From Candidatus Omnitrophota bacterium (GTDB taxonomy: Bacteria; Omnitrophota; Gorgyraeia; Zapsychrales; Fredricksoniimonadaceae): a stretch of DNA of 64,000 nt. A program made the translations under genes and the position numbers. Under the pieces are notes generated by a model. It worked only from the letters and a program-made list of their open reading frames with translations, was not told the origin of the DNA and did no database searches. The stretch covers positions 146,917-210,916 of the forward strand of contig JBGAJA010000002.1 in assembly GCA_044225175.1 (NCBI GenBank), read 5' to 3'. Shown here piece by piece: positions 10,094 to 22,737 of this stretch (position 1 is its first letter; each line of letters opens with the position of its first letter).

Positions 10094-10588
10094 TCAATTA
10101 TATTCCCCTTTATATATACCCCAACCCAACAAAGTGTATGTCCCATCAAAATTGCGACAAAGGCTTATTCCGCTTCTGTTTCGATACTGTGTTTTACCGT
10201 CGGGGGAACACACCGGCTCTTCCCCACCTTCGTCTGAAATTGTGAGATCATGATCTGTTCTAATTGCGAAAATTTCATAGGAAATTTGCTGCGAAGAAAT
10301 GGTGATGTTCTTTCCCTCACAACACTTAAAATGAATTGTGTTTGCTTCTTGAACACTAGAATTGAATATGCAGTTATCAATGCTGTTGATGTCATTCTTA
10401 GCCATCATACAAAGTTCAATTTTACTTTTAACCGTCTTTAATTGATGAACTGCTTCTGCCCAATTAAGACTTTCAGACCATTTGATGTACCATTGGATTG
10501 AAAAATAACCCAGGTACCCTGCTACAATTAAGGCTAAAATGATATCGAATAAAGAAAGTCCTCTGTTATTTTTTTTTGTAATATACAA
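10094..10588 (-). CDS. Divergent type IV pilin-like protein
   Basis: RG/LSLFDIILALIVAG (Asp at +5); AEA...KS...C segment shared with the 8634 pilin; Cys-rich. Confidence 0.65.
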   Translation of the reverse strand: MYITKKNNRGLSLFDIILALIVAGYLGYFSIQWYIKWSESLNWAEAVHQLKTVKSKIELCMMAKNDINSIDNCIFNSSVQEANTIHFKCCEGKNITISSQQISYEIFAIRTDHDLTISDEGGEEPVCSPDGKTQYRNRSGISLCRNFDGTYTLLGWGIYKGEYN

Positions 10589-10683
10589 ATAAGACTCCCT
10601 TTAGGGACACAATTAATAAAGATAATTAGTGTTTATAATATAACATTACACTGTCTTTGCAATATTTTTCAAAATTATTTTTG

Positions 10684-10699
10684 TTTTCCACGTGGAAAG
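10684..10699. promoter_or_regulatory. parS-like palindrome
   Basis: TTTTCCACGTGGAAAG, 13/16 match to TGTTCCACGTGGAACA, between parAB and oriC. Confidence 0.65.
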
Positions 10700-10729
10700 C
10701 TCTGGTGTTGGAGAAACTAGTTCTGAGGA

Positions 10730-10930
10730 TTATTTCTTAATTACTTTTATTTTAGCTTGCTTTGAGCCTCTCATGCCAAAAAGGCCCTTTTTCTCTTCAC
10801 AAACAACCTTAATTTTCATTTCTTCGCGATCTACACCTAATATCTTTTCAGCTTTTTTTATAGCTTCTTCAGTGGTGTATCCTTCAAATTCCGTTTCTTC
10901 ATTGTCACTAGGGATTGTGCCAAATAACAT
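10730..10930 (-). CDS. Jag/EloR N-terminal domain-only protein
   Basis: EFEGYTTEEAIKKAEKILG...KVVCEEKKGLFGMRGSKQAKIKV directly after yidC; start re-called to ATG 10930 (10951/10954 also possible). Confidence 0.75.
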   Translation of the reverse strand: MLFGTIPSDNEETEFEGYTTEEAIKKAEKILGVDREEMKIKVVCEEKKGLFGMRGSKQAKIKVIKK

Positions 10931-10940
10931 ACCTGTTTCC

Positions 10941-12548
10941 TTACTTCGCATCATTTTCACGTGAAACTGTTTTTTGATTCCCCATTTTCCATTGGGTCCA
11001 AGTAGATAATCCATAGAAGACTGTAAAATAAAGAGATAGTCCGCTAGCAAATTTATAAAACATAAAGCCAATGAAAAATGGAAAAATGTATTTCATCATC
11101 TTCTGCTGCATGGCTTGTGTCTCGTCGGTAATCACCATATTTTTGGCAGTAAGTGTTTGTTGCAAGAACATGACGCCTGCCATTGTAATAGGCAAAATAT
11201 TAAATTCATTTCCTAAAAAGGGTATATTAAATGGCAGGATAAAAAGCCTGTCTGGTTGAGCTAAATCCTTAATCCATAAAAAGCTTTTGCCTTGAAAGTA
11301 ATAAGCGCGCCACAGAACCTGGTAAAGCGCAATAAAGATAGGCATTTGCAAAAGAAATGGCAGGCATCCGGCTAAAGGATTAACCCCTTCCCTTCTATAC
11401 AAATCAACCATTTCCGTGTTAAGCTTTGTGGGGTCGCCTTTATACCTTTTCTGAAGGGCAGCTATTTTAGGTTGTACCATTTGCATTTTCTTCATGGACA
11501 TCATGCTTTTGTAAGTCAAAGGATATGTAAGTCCATAAATCAATATGCTTACTAAAATAATGGACAGCCCCCAGCTGTGGCAAATAGAATGTAGAACAGG
11601 AACAGTATAATATATCGCCTTTCCTAAGATATCTAGTATCCACCAATTACTAAAAGCTACGATCTTTTCAAATCCCCTATTAAATCCTTTTAACCAACCA
11701 ATATTTTGATCCCCTGCAACTAGAGTAAAGTCATAGCTAAACGTTTCTCCGGGACCAATTCCCTTCTTTGGCTTGATATTGGCTGAAAGCTGACTTTCGT
11801 TAAGTACTTCATTTTCATAGGCTTTTGACTCAAATTCTGGTTTTATAAGCAACATATGGAAATGATCCCTATAACCTACCCAAGTCGCCTCTTTATTTTC
11901 CAATTTATTATCTTTAGAAGTAAATTTACTGGATGTACCTTTGCGAATAATCTTTTTATTTTCTTCCAGAATGGAAAGTTCATCTAACATGGAATTGCGT
12001 CCCATATGCTCTTCTGGACTGGGAACATTTACTTTTAATGTTTTAAACTCTATTTCTTCCAGTCTGGAAGAAATGTTTGTCATTTTAATATTTGCTTTAA
12101 TGGATTTATCTTTATTTACAGTAAATGTTTTAACTATTTTCCATTGTAAATCTTGATATCCATAAGAAATAGCTTCACTGTTTTGAAATATTGTCTGAAA
12201 TGGCACTTCTTCCAGTCCTTTGATGACTAAAAGATCTGTTGCAGGAAAAAGATAGGAACTGCCGTTGAATTCTATTTTGTGGAGCGTACCACCCATGTTT
12301 GTAAAATTTAAATTCAGTTCAGGGGTTTTTAATACTGTTTTTACTTCTTTTTTTTCGACTTGAGTGGTTTTTTGTGATTTTTCAGAGGTGACTAGAGAAG
12401 GGATTGTTGTTTTTTCTGTAACTGTATTGTTTTGAACGACTTGTGCGTTTTTAATCTTTTCTTTTTCTTTTGGAACTATAAAAAAACTTTGATATCCTAC
12501 CAAAACAAGGAACGATAAAGCCATTGCAATGAAGAAATTTCTATCCAT
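10941..12548 (-). CDS. yidC: Membrane protein insertase YidC
   Basis: WGLSIIL, QPKIAALQKRYKGD, NPLAGCLPFLLQMPIFIALY, FLWIKDLAQPD. Confidence 0.96.
   Translation of the reverse strand: MDRNFFIAMALSFLVLVGYQSFFIVPKEKEKIKNAQVVQNNTVTEKTTIPSLVTSEKSQKTTQVEKKEVKTVLKTPELNLNFTNMGGTLHKIEFNGSSYLFPATDLLVIKGLEEVPFQTIFQNSEAISYGYQDLQWKIVKTFTVNKDKSIKANIKMTNISSRLEEIEFKTLKVNVPSPEEHMGRNSMLDELSILEENKKIIRKGTSSKFTSKDNKLENKEATWVGYRDHFHMLLIKPEFESKAYENEVLNESQLSANIKPKKGIGPGETFSYDFTLVAGDQNIGWLKGFNRGFEKIVAFSNWWILDILGKAIYYTVPVLHSICHSWGLSIILVSILIYGLTYPLTYKSMMSMKKMQMVQPKIAALQKRYKGDPTKLNTEMVDLYRREGVNPLAGCLPFLLQMPIFIALYQVLWRAYYFQGKSFLWIKDLAQPDRLFILPFNIPFLGNEFNILPITMAGVMFLQQTLTAKNMVITDETQAMQQKMMKYIFPFFIGFMFYKFASGLSLYFTVFYGLSTWTQWKMGNQKTVSRENDAK
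10953..10968. promoter_or_regulatory. parS-like palindrome in the yidC 3' end
   Basis: ATTTTCACGTGAAACT, 13/16 match to TGTTTCACGTGAAACA; encodes VSRE in YidC. Confidence 0.65.
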
Positions 12549-12550
12549 AT

Positions 12551-12781
12551 TTATTTTTTCAGCCTAGAAGACTCTTTTACAGGGTCAAAGCCGCCTTTAG
12601 ATAGGGGAGAACAGCGTAAAACTCGCCATACACTTAAAGCCGATCCCTTTAAAGCTCCGTATTTAACGATAGCTTCTATAGCATAGTGCGAACATGACGG
12701 ATGAAACCGGCAAGTATTGATATTAAACAGCCGACTTATGCGTTGGTATGCTCTTATGGCAAAAAGCAGGGCTCTGGCCAT
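12551..12781 (-). CDS. yidD: Membrane protein insertion efficiency factor YidD
   Basis: CRFHPSCSHYAIEAI...RCSPLSKGGFDPV. Confidence 0.93.
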   Translation of the reverse strand: MARALLFAIRAYQRISRLFNINTCRFHPSCSHYAIEAIVKYGALKGSALSVWRVLRCSPLSKGGFDPVKESSRLKK

Positions 12782-12797
12782 GGGTGTATGCAGAGGA

Positions 12798-12935
12798 TTA
12801 TGGGATTAGTTGACGACGGCCCTTAGCTCTACGACGCGCCAAAACCTTGCGTCCATCTTGAGAAGCCATACGTTTTCTAAATCCGTGTTTTCTGACCCCG
12901 ACAATATTTGTTGGTGTTTTTAGATGCTTTTTCAT
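12798..12935 (-). CDS. rpmH: 50S ribosomal protein L34 (not in ORF track, 45 aa)
   Basis: Hand translation [45 protein letters not shown]; divergent from dnaA. Confidence 0.93.
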   Translation of the reverse strand: MKKHLKTPTNIVGVRKHGFRKRMASQDGRKVLARRRAKGRRQLIP

Positions 12936-13208
12936 GATTAATTTACTTGACTTATACTGGTTTTTTCTTTTCTTATCTACCGTTTATCGACGAGAAATGC
13001 CTTTAAAACGATAAACAACCGATGTAATGGGGAGGATTATAGCACAGGCTTACCCTTCGTCAAGCATTTTAGGTGGTTATCTTATACTAATAACCCCTTG
13101 AGAAAGCATAAGTTAAGTTTCAACTAAAATGCGACGGAAGTCTTTCCAATCTGGACTATCAAAATCTCAATTTTAAGCTATATGGCAAAAATACCGGGAA
13201 AAAAATAA

Positions 13209-13236
13209 TTGCATTGGGAAGATGCTTTGTTATAAT
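13209..13236 (+). promoter_or_regulatory. Sigma70-type dnaA promoter
   Basis: TTGCAT-16 nt-TATAAT with extended -10 TG. Confidence 0.6.
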
Positions 13237-13255
13237 GCCCAACAATTAAGGAAAA

Positions 13256-13275
13256 CTATCCACAGCTGTGAATAA
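13256..13275. promoter_or_regulatory. Inverted pair of DnaA boxes upstream of dnaA
   Basis: CTATCCACA GC TGTGAATAA. Confidence 0.7.
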
Positions 13276-13298
13276 CCTGTGTACTAAGCTCGTCGAAA

Positions 13299-14633
13299 AT
13301 GACTCTAACAGACATCTGGCAAAAAACTCAAACGACAATCAAAGAACAAATAGGCTCAACTAGCTATGACACCTGGCTTTCAGGCCTAAAGGTTTTGGAT
13401 AAAAACACCAACACTCTTATCCTCCAAGCGCCAGATGAATTTTTTAAAAATTGGATCGTTGAACATTATGCTTCTGCTATTTCGCGCTGCTTAACTCAAG
13501 AAGCGGGCAGGGAAGTGGCCCTAGAGTTCGAAGTTAGCGCCCAGCTTTTAGAGCCTGTCCCCAAAAAGCTTCAGTCTTTAGAAAAAAATTTCAGTCATGA
13601 GCCTTCTAAAACTAATATTAATTTAAACGCACGTTTTCTTTTTGAGAATTTTGTTGTTGGTTCATCCAATCGTTTTGCTTTTGCAGCAGCTCAAGCGGTG
13701 GCCGAAGCTCCCGCTAAGATGTACAATCCATTTTTTATTTATGGTTCCGTAGGATTAGGGAAAACCCACTTGTTGCAGGCAATTACCCAAGAAATTCTTC
13801 GCAAACATCCTGGACTTAAAATTTGTTATATCTCCTCTGAACAATTTACCAATGAATTAATTAATGCCATTCGACACCGTTCTGCTGAAAATTTTCGCCT
13901 TAAATATAGAAACATTGATGTCTTGTTAATTGATGATATTCATTTTATCGCCGGTAAAGAAAGCACTCAGGAAGAATTTTTCCACACCTTTAATACTCTT
14001 CACGACCATCACAAACAAATTATTATTTGTTCTGACAGGCCTCCTAAAGAAATTGCTCATCTGGAAGAACGATTAGTTTCGCGTTTTTGTTGGGGACTCA
14101 TTACAGATATTCAGCCGCCAGACTATGAAACACGCGTAGCCATTTTACGCAAAAAACTGGAATTAGAATCCGTGAACGTCCCTGATGATGTGATTGATTT
14201 TATTGCAGCGGAAATTAAAACCAATATCCGCGAGTTAGAGGGCGCTTTATTAAGAGTAGTTGCTTATGCCTTGTTGGAAGATAAAACAATAAGTCTTTCT
14301 GTTGCTAAATCTGTCCTTAAGGATATGGTTAAAGAAACTGTTAAAACTATTTCTGTAGAAATGGTCCAAAAAGAAGTGGCAGAATTTTTTAATCTTTCTT
14401 TACCAGAGCTTAAAAATAAGAGTCGTCATAAAAATATTATTGTTCCAAGGCAAGTGGCTATGTATCTATCTAGGAAGCTTACCAATCATTCTTTGCCAGA
14501 AATTGGAGCTGCTTTTGGTGGTAAAGATCACACTACAATTTTACATGCAGTAAAAAAAGTTGAAGAAGTTCTTTTAAAAGACGAACAAATAAGGAAAATA
14601 GTAGAAACTTTACGTAATGCCTTGTTGGTATAA
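13299..14633 (+). CDS. dnaA: Chromosomal replication initiator DnaA
   Basis: YNPFFIYGSVGLGKTHL, LLIDDIHF, TQEEFFHTFN, NIRELEGAL, GGKDHTT. Confidence 0.98.
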   Translation: MTLTDIWQKTQTTIKEQIGSTSYDTWLSGLKVLDKNTNTLILQAPDEFFKNWIVEHYASAISRCLTQEAGREVALEFEVSAQLLEPVPKKLQSLEKNFSHEPSKTNINLNARFLFENFVVGSSNRFAFAAAQAVAEAPAKMYNPFFIYGSVGLGKTHLLQAITQEILRKHPGLKICYISSEQFTNELINAIRHRSAENFRLKYRNIDVLLIDDIHFIAGKESTQEEFFHTFNTLHDHHKQIIICSDRPPKEIAHLEERLVSRFCWGLITDIQPPDYETRVAILRKKLELESVNVPDDVIDFIAAEIKTNIRELEGALLRVVAYALLEDKTISLSVAKSVLKDMVKETVKTISVEMVQKEVAEFFNLSLPELKNKSRHKNIIVPRQVAMYLSRKLTNHSLPEIGAAFGGKDHTTILHAVKKVEEVLLKDEQIRKIVETLRNALLV

Positions 14634-14634
14634 C

Positions 14635-14760
14635 TGGGGATAAGTTCTTTGACTTATACTCAAGTTATCCACAGCTGTGAATATTGTAAACTATTGAAAT
14701 TTAAGTGTTTTTGCGTGTTATTCAAAGTATCCACAGGCATTACTAATATTGCTTCTATCT
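14635..14760. promoter_or_regulatory. oriC: DnaA boxes plus DnaA-trio unwinding element
   Basis: Boxes at 14635 (TGGGGATAA), 14654 (TTATACTCA), 14665 (TTATCCACA, perfect), 14676 (TGTGAATAT), 14718 (TTATTCAAA), 14727 (GTATCCACA), then GGC and TAC-TAA-TAT-TGC-TTC-TAT; gene strand switches at the dnaA locus. Confidence 0.85.
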
Positions 14761-14802
14761 TTAAAACGTTAACAAAACAGTTATATTAGCAAAGGTGTGA
14801 GT

Positions 14803-15891
14803 ATGAAAATTAAGGTGAATAAAGATCAGTTATTGGGGGCAATTGCAGTTGTTGGGAACATCGTTTCAACCAGAGCAACACTCCCAATACTCTCTAATAT
14901 GATGCTTGAAGCAAAGGATGATGTTTTAAAGTTAAACACAACCGATTTAGACATTGGAATATCCTGTGAATTGCCTGTGCATATCTATGAACAAGGCGCC
15001 ATAACTGTCCCAGCTAAGAAATTTAGTGATATTATTCGTGAGTTACCTTCAGGAGATATTGTTTTGATCGTTCGAAAGAATAATCAAGTAGAAATTGAAG
15101 GGACTAATTGCCGATTTAAATTAAATGGACTTCCTAAAGAAGAATTTCCTAAATTTCCTGAATTTAAAGATAAAGATGTTGTATTGATTGATCAGAAGAG
15201 TCTTAAAGAAATGATCCGCATGACAAGCTTTGCTGTTTCTTTTGAGGAATCCCGGTATGTGTTAAATGGAATCCTTTTAGAAATTGCAGGAGATAAAGTT
15301 CGAATGATTGCAACGGATGGACGTCGTTTAGCAAAAATTGAAAAAAAGCTTTTACAAAATAGTAATAAAGAATTAAGTATTATTATTCCTATTAAAGCGA
15401 TCGGTGAGATCAATCGTAACCTCAAAGACACCGGAGACTGTTCTATTATTTGTTCAACCAACCAAGTTCTATTTAATATTGACGGCATTTTAATTGCTAC
15501 GCGAATCATTGAAGGAGAATTCCCTAATTATAAACAAGTCATTCCAAAAGAGATTACAACAAAAACAAAGATAAAAACACAGGACCTATTATCAGCCATT
15601 CGCCGAGCAAACCTATTATCAACACCAGATTTTCAAGCCATCAAATTCGAATTATTCAAAGACAATATGGTTATTTCAAAGTCCACTCCCGATGTTGGAG
15701 AGTCCAGAGAAGAAATGCCAGTCGAGTATGGTCAACAGGAACTAATGGTGGGCTTTAACCCACAATTTTTTATCGATGTTCTTAAAAATATCGAAGACGA
15801 AAAAATCGATTTAGAATTCTTAGGTTCTGACAAGCCTTGTGTTTTAAGGTTACGCGATTATCTATATTTAGCTTTGCCCATGCGTCTATAA
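14803..15891 (+). CDS. dnaN: DNA polymerase III beta sliding clamp
   Basis: TLPILSN, TDLDIGI, SRYVLNG, ATDGRRLA, GEFPNY, LALPMRL; ATG 14803 has AAAGGT RBS (GTG 14797 alternative). Confidence 0.97.
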   Translation: MKIKVNKDQLLGAIAVVGNIVSTRATLPILSNMMLEAKDDVLKLNTTDLDIGISCELPVHIYEQGAITVPAKKFSDIIRELPSGDIVLIVRKNNQVEIEGTNCRFKLNGLPKEEFPKFPEFKDKDVVLIDQKSLKEMIRMTSFAVSFEESRYVLNGILLEIAGDKVRMIATDGRRLAKIEKKLLQNSNKELSIIIPIKAIGEINRNLKDTGDCSIICSTNQVLFNIDGILIATRIIEGEFPNYKQVIPKEITTKTKIKTQDLLSAIRRANLLSTPDFQAIKFELFKDNMVISKSTPDVGESREEMPVEYGQQELMVGFNPQFFIDVLKNIEDEKIDLEFLGSDKPCVLRLRDYLYLALPMRL

Positions 15892-15892
15892 G

Positions 15893-18603
<2,711 letters not shown>

Positions 18604-18621
18604 TACAGAAAGGTTTAAGCA

Positions 18622-21078
18622 ATGATGCGCGATGCAAATAAAAAAGAGAGAATAATTCCAATCTACATCGAAGATGAGATGAAGAATTCCTATTTGTCTT
18701 ATTCGATGTCGGTTATTGTTGGCCGAGCTTTACCTGATGTGCGTGATGGTTTAAAACCGGTTCACCGCCGTATCTTATATGCAATGAAGGAATTGAACCT
18801 GGAACATAATAAGCCCTATAAGAAAAGTGCTCGTATTGTTGGGGAAGTATTAGGTAAGTACCATCCTCATGGAGACACTGCTGTGTATGACACCATGGTT
18901 CGCATGGTGCAGGAATTCTCTCTTCGTTATCCTTTGATCGACGGCCAAGGAAACTTTGGTTCAATCGACGGGGATGCAGCCGCTGCGATGCGTTACACGG
19001 AAGCCCGTATGGCGTCCGTCTCAGAGATCATGCTTGAAGACATCGATAAAGAAACAGTCGAATTTTCTCCAAACTTTGACGGATCTCTCACTGAACCAGA
19101 TATTTTGCCTGCTTTAGTTCCAAATCTTTTAGTCAATGGTTCTTCTGGTATTGCGGTTGGTATGGCGACCAACATGGCACCTCACAATTTAGGGGAAGTC
19201 ATCGATGGAATCGTATTTCTTTTAGACAATCCAGAGGCCACCATCAAGGAATTGATGAAATTTGTTAAAGGTCCAGATTTTCCAACAGCAGGAATTATCT
19301 GCGGCCGTGATGGATTTACCAGTGCATATAATACTGGCCGCGGTAAGGTGATTATCCGTGCCAGAGCTAACATCGAAGCACAAAAGAGCAACAAGGAAGC
19401 GATCATCATTACTGAGCTTCCCTATCAAGTCAACAAAGCCAATTTGATTACCGCCATCGCAGACCAAGTTCAAAATAAACAAATCGACGGAATTACAGAC
19501 ATTCGTGATGAGTCGGACAAGGAAGGTATTCGAGTCGTTATCGAACTTCGTCGCGATGTGGATGCCAACATTGTTTTAAATTACCTCTTCAAACACACCC
19601 AAATGGAAGTAACTTTTGGGATTATTAACCTAGCACTCGTTAATAAGTCTCCTAAGGTCTTAACATTAAAGCAGATTATGCAGCAGTACATTACGCATCG
19701 CCGTCAGGTGATTCGTCGTCGTACACAGTTCGATCTAGATAAAGCCTTGCGTCGTGCGCATATCTTGGAAGGATTCAAGATTGCTTTTAAGCATTTGGAA
19801 GAAATCATCAAAACAATCCGCGCATCAAAATCAACAGCAGATGCCAAAGAAGCATTGATGAAGAAGTTTGATCTATCTGACGTTCAAGCCCAAGCCATTT
19901 TGGAAATGCAATTGCAACGTTTGGCTGCTTTGGAACGAGACAAGATTGAAGCTGAATATCAGCAACTTTTGAAAGATATTGAGAACTATCGAGGCATCCT
20001 AGCTTCTGAAAAAAGAGTCGATGCGATCATTAAAGAAGAACTCGCTGAGCTTAGAAAGAAATATGCGGATCCACGCCGCACGGAAATTGCCGCCAAAGCA
20101 GAAGATATTGAAATTGAAGACATGATTGCCGATGAAGACATGGCGATCACCATCAGCAATAAAGGATATATTAAAAGACTGAATATCGATGGATATCGTT
20201 CCCAGAAACGTGGCGGCAAGGGTGTGACTGCCATGACGACTTCCGACGAAGACTTTGTCGAAAGACTCTTTGTGGCCTCCTCTAAAGACTGTTTATTGAT
20301 TTTTTCAAATCAGGGAACAGTTCGATGGTTGAAAGTTTATGAGATCCCCGTTGCTTCAAGAACTGCCAGAGGCAAAGCCATTATTAACCTGCTTTCTTTT
20401 AAACCAGGTGAAATGATTAGCGCAATTGTGGCTGTCAAAGAGTTTAGAGATGATGAATTTTTAGTCTTTGCAACCAAACAAGGGTTGGTTAAAAAGACCA
20501 AGGTCTCTGCCTATAACAATCCACGTAAAGGTGGAATCGTTGGCATTGGTTTAGAAAAAGACGATGAATTAATTGGCGTTGCTCTAAGCAATGGCAAAGA
20601 AGACGTCCTTCTAGCGACGCACGATGGAATTTCATTAAGATTCCAAGAAAAACAACTTCGCGATATGGGACGTTCTGCCAAAGGTGTTCGTGGAATCAAT
20701 TTAGATAAAAAAGACTATGTGGTTGGCATGCTGGTTTTTGCTCCTGATGTGGACAAAACAGGCGCTAAGCTACTTACCATTTGCGAACTCGGATACGCTA
20801 AACGATCCGACTTTGCCGACTATAGAACGCAATCCAGGGGTGGTCGAGGAGTCATCAACGTTAAAATCACCGAGAAAAATGGTGATGTGGTCGGGGTTTT
20901 AACGGTTGCTGAAGGAGATGAGATCATGGCTGTTACCAAAAAAGGCATGGTTGTACGTTCTAATCCATCAGAAATTCGTGAAACAGGCCGCTCTGCTGTC
21001 GGGGTCAGGCTGATTTCTTTAGAATCAGGCGACAAAGTTTCTTCAGTAGGTCATCTTGTTTCCCGTGAGGACGAATAG
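18622..21078 (+). CDS. gyrA: DNA gyrase subunit A
   Basis: [30 protein letters not shown], GyrA box QKRGGKG. Confidence 0.98.
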   Translation: MMRDANKKERIIPIYIEDEMKNSYLSYSMSVIVGRALPDVRDGLKPVHRRILYAMKELNLEHNKPYKKSARIVGEVLGKYHPHGDTAVYDTMVRMVQEFSLRYPLIDGQGNFGSIDGDAAAAMRYTEARMASVSEIMLEDIDKETVEFSPNFDGSLTEPDILPALVPNLLVNGSSGIAVGMATNMAPHNLGEVIDGIVFLLDNPEATIKELMKFVKGPDFPTAGIICGRDGFTSAYNTGRGKVIIRARANIEAQKSNKEAIIITELPYQVNKANLITAIADQVQNKQIDGITDIRDESDKEGIRVVIELRRDVDANIVLNYLFKHTQMEVTFGIINLALVNKSPKVLTLKQIMQQYITHRRQVIRRRTQFDLDKALRRAHILEGFKIAFKHLEEIIKTIRASKSTADAKEALMKKFDLSDVQAQAILEMQLQRLAALERDKIEAEYQQLLKDIENYRGILASEKRVDAIIKEELAELRKKYADPRRTEIAAKAEDIEIEDMIADEDMAITISNKGYIKRLNIDGYRSQKRGGKGVTAMTTSDEDFVERLFVASSKDCLLIFSNQGTVRWLKVYEIPVASRTARGKAIINLLSFKPGEMISAIVAVKEFRDDEFLVFATKQGLVKKTKVSAYNNPRKGGIVGIGLEKDDELIGVALSNGKEDVLLATHDGISLRFQEKQLRDMGRSAKGVRGINLDKKDYVVGMLVFAPDVDKTGAKLLTICELGYAKRSDFADYRTQSRGGRGVINVKITEKNGDVVGVLTVAEGDEIMAVTKKGMVVRSNPSEIRETGRSAVGVRLISLESGDKVSSVGHLVSREDE

Positions 21079-21097
21079 CACCACAACTATTTTGCTC

Positions 21098-21125
21098 TTG
21101 ACTGAAAGAAGTCGCTCATTATAAT
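21098..21125 (+). promoter_or_regulatory. Sigma70 promoter for tRNA-Glu
   Basis: TTGACT-16 nt-TATAAT. Confidence 0.65.
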
Positions 21126-21137
21126 AGTCAACTCTTT

Positions 21138-21211
21138 GACCCTGTCGTCTAGCCTGGTCAGGACAAGAGGTTTTCAATCTCTCAGCACGGGTTCAAATCC
21201 CGTCAGGGTCA
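21138..21211 (+). tRNA. tRNA-Glu(TTC)
   Basis: GACCCTG acceptor stem/CAGGGTCA, anticodon arm AGAGG TT TTC AA TCTCT, GGTTCAAATCC T-arm. Confidence 0.92.
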
Positions 21212-21234
21212 CTAATATTTTTAAGGAGCTTCAC

Positions 21235-21882
21235 ATGCTCACCATCTATGGTTCGGAACTTTCAGGTCCTGCCAACAAAGTACGTTTCACAGCCAATTTT
21301 CTCCAGATCCCCTATGAATACCGCCGCCTTAACTTACGCGAAGGCGAGCAAAAGCAAGAATGGTTTTTAAAAATCAATCCAATTGGAAAAATACCAGCGA
21401 TGGATGATGCTGGTTTTTATCTTTTTGAAAGCGGGGCAATCTGTAAATATTTATGCAACAAATCAACAAACAATCTCTATCCTCAAGAAATTAAGCAACG
21501 GGCCATCGTCGATCAATGGACTGATTTTTCAACATTACATATAACAATCAATGTTTCGAAAGTCATCTACAACAAACTTTTTGCTCCTCGAATGAATAGA
21601 CCCGTCAGTCAAGAATCAATTGCAGACGGACTTAATTTCTTAGAGCAATACTTACCTGTTTTAGAAACACAACTTTCCCAACATAAATTTTTATGCGGGG
21701 CAACGATTACTCTGGCGGATTTAACTCTGCTAGCCGGGCTTGATCCTTGTGAACTAGCTGAGATTGATTTAGCCAAATACCCGCAATTGACGGCTTGGCG
21801 CACTTATTTAAAAACTCAAGAATTTTATACGCGTTGTCACAAGGAATATGGCGAAAGCTTAAAACAAAGCGTAGTCAAGTAA
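21235..21882 (+). CDS. Glutathione S-transferase family protein
   Basis: INPIGKIPAMDD, LFESGAICKYL, TLADL; start re-called to ATG 21235 after AAGGAG (the track start overlaps the tRNA). Confidence 0.9.
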   Translation: MLTIYGSELSGPANKVRFTANFLQIPYEYRRLNLREGEQKQEWFLKINPIGKIPAMDDAGFYLFESGAICKYLCNKSTNNLYPQEIKQRAIVDQWTDFSTLHITINVSKVIYNKLFAPRMNRPVSQESIADGLNFLEQYLPVLETQLSQHKFLCGATITLADLTLLAGLDPCELAEIDLAKYPQLTAWRTYLKTQEFYTRCHKEYGESLKQSVVK

Positions 21883-21888
21883 GTTAAC

Positions 21889-22737
21889 ATGAAGGTTGCT
21901 CTGATACAATTTAATGCTTCTGCAGACAAAGGCGACAATCTTCGTCGGGCAAAGGCAATGGTTTTAGAAGCTATTGATCACAAGGCAAAATGGATTCTTT
22001 TGCCTGAGATTTTTAGCTTTCGAGGAAATCTGCAAAACAAAGACGTTCTGCAGCAAGCCGCTGAAGGTATTCCAGATACAACCACCAAAGAGTTTTCTAA
22101 AGTAGCTAAACTCAAGAGTGTGCATATTCTTTTGGGATCATTGTTTGAGAAGGCACCCAAAGGAAAAGCATATAACACATCGGTGGCAATTGCACCTGAC
22201 GGAAAGATAGTAAAATATCGTAAAATTCATTTATTCGACGCAAGATTAGGTGATAACATAATCCTTGAATCGAATTATATTGTTGCTGGCCAAAAACTTC
22301 AAACTGCTCTCGTAGGAGAATTTGAGGTAGGCTTAAGCGTTTGTTATGATTTAAGATTCCCTGCTCTTTATCAAGCATATGCCCATAAAGGTGCAACAGT
22401 AATGACCGTCCCTTCATGTTTTACTAAAATTACAGGGGAAGCTCACTGGGAAGCTCTTCTTCGCGCAAGGGCCATTGAGAATCTTTCTTATGTTTTGGCC
22501 CCCAATCAGGTGGGGAAGGATGCTAGAGGAGTTTTCAGTTTTGGAAACAGTTTAATTGTGGACCCTTGGGGAACAATCATAGCCCGAGGATCTAACGATC
22601 AAGAAGAAATTATTTACGCAGATATTCATCAAGAGAAAATTAAAGAAGCTCGCAGTAAACTACCGGGATTATTTTCCGCCACAAGCGGACCCGCCTCCGG
22701 CGGTCAACATAGGAGATCGAATGGCAAAAAGAATTAG
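21889..22737 (+). CDS. Carbon-nitrogen hydrolase (Nit1-like deaminated glutathione amidase)
   Basis: Triad motifs [20 protein letters not shown]; LRARAIEN. Confidence 0.9.
   Translation: MKVALIQFNASADKGDNLRRAKAMVLEAIDHKAKWILLPEIFSFRGNLQNKDVLQQAAEGIPDTTTKEFSKVAKLKSVHILLGSLFEKAPKGKAYNTSVAIAPDGKIVKYRKIHLFDARLGDNIILESNYIVAGQKLQTALVGEFEVGLSVCYDLRFPALYQAYAHKGATVMTVPSCFTKITGEAHWEALLRARAIENLSYVLAPNQVGKDARGVFSFGNSLIVDPWGTIIARGSNDQEEIIYADIHQEKIKEARSKLPGLFSATSGPASGGQHRRSNGKKN
22675..22703. repeat. CCGCC/GGCGG double mini-hairpin inside the nitrilase 3' end
   Basis: TCCGC CACAA GCGGA C CCGCC TCC GGCGG; same family as 31-72 and 43753-43767. Confidence 0.6.

Noticed and set aside
10955-11071. 5' part of track ORF 10730..11071
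   Set aside because: Overlaps the yidC C-terminus in another frame; Jag_N similarity begins after about 10930
21136-21234. N-terminal extension of the GST ORF
   Set aside because: It is the tRNA-Glu gene; the RBS supports ATG 21235
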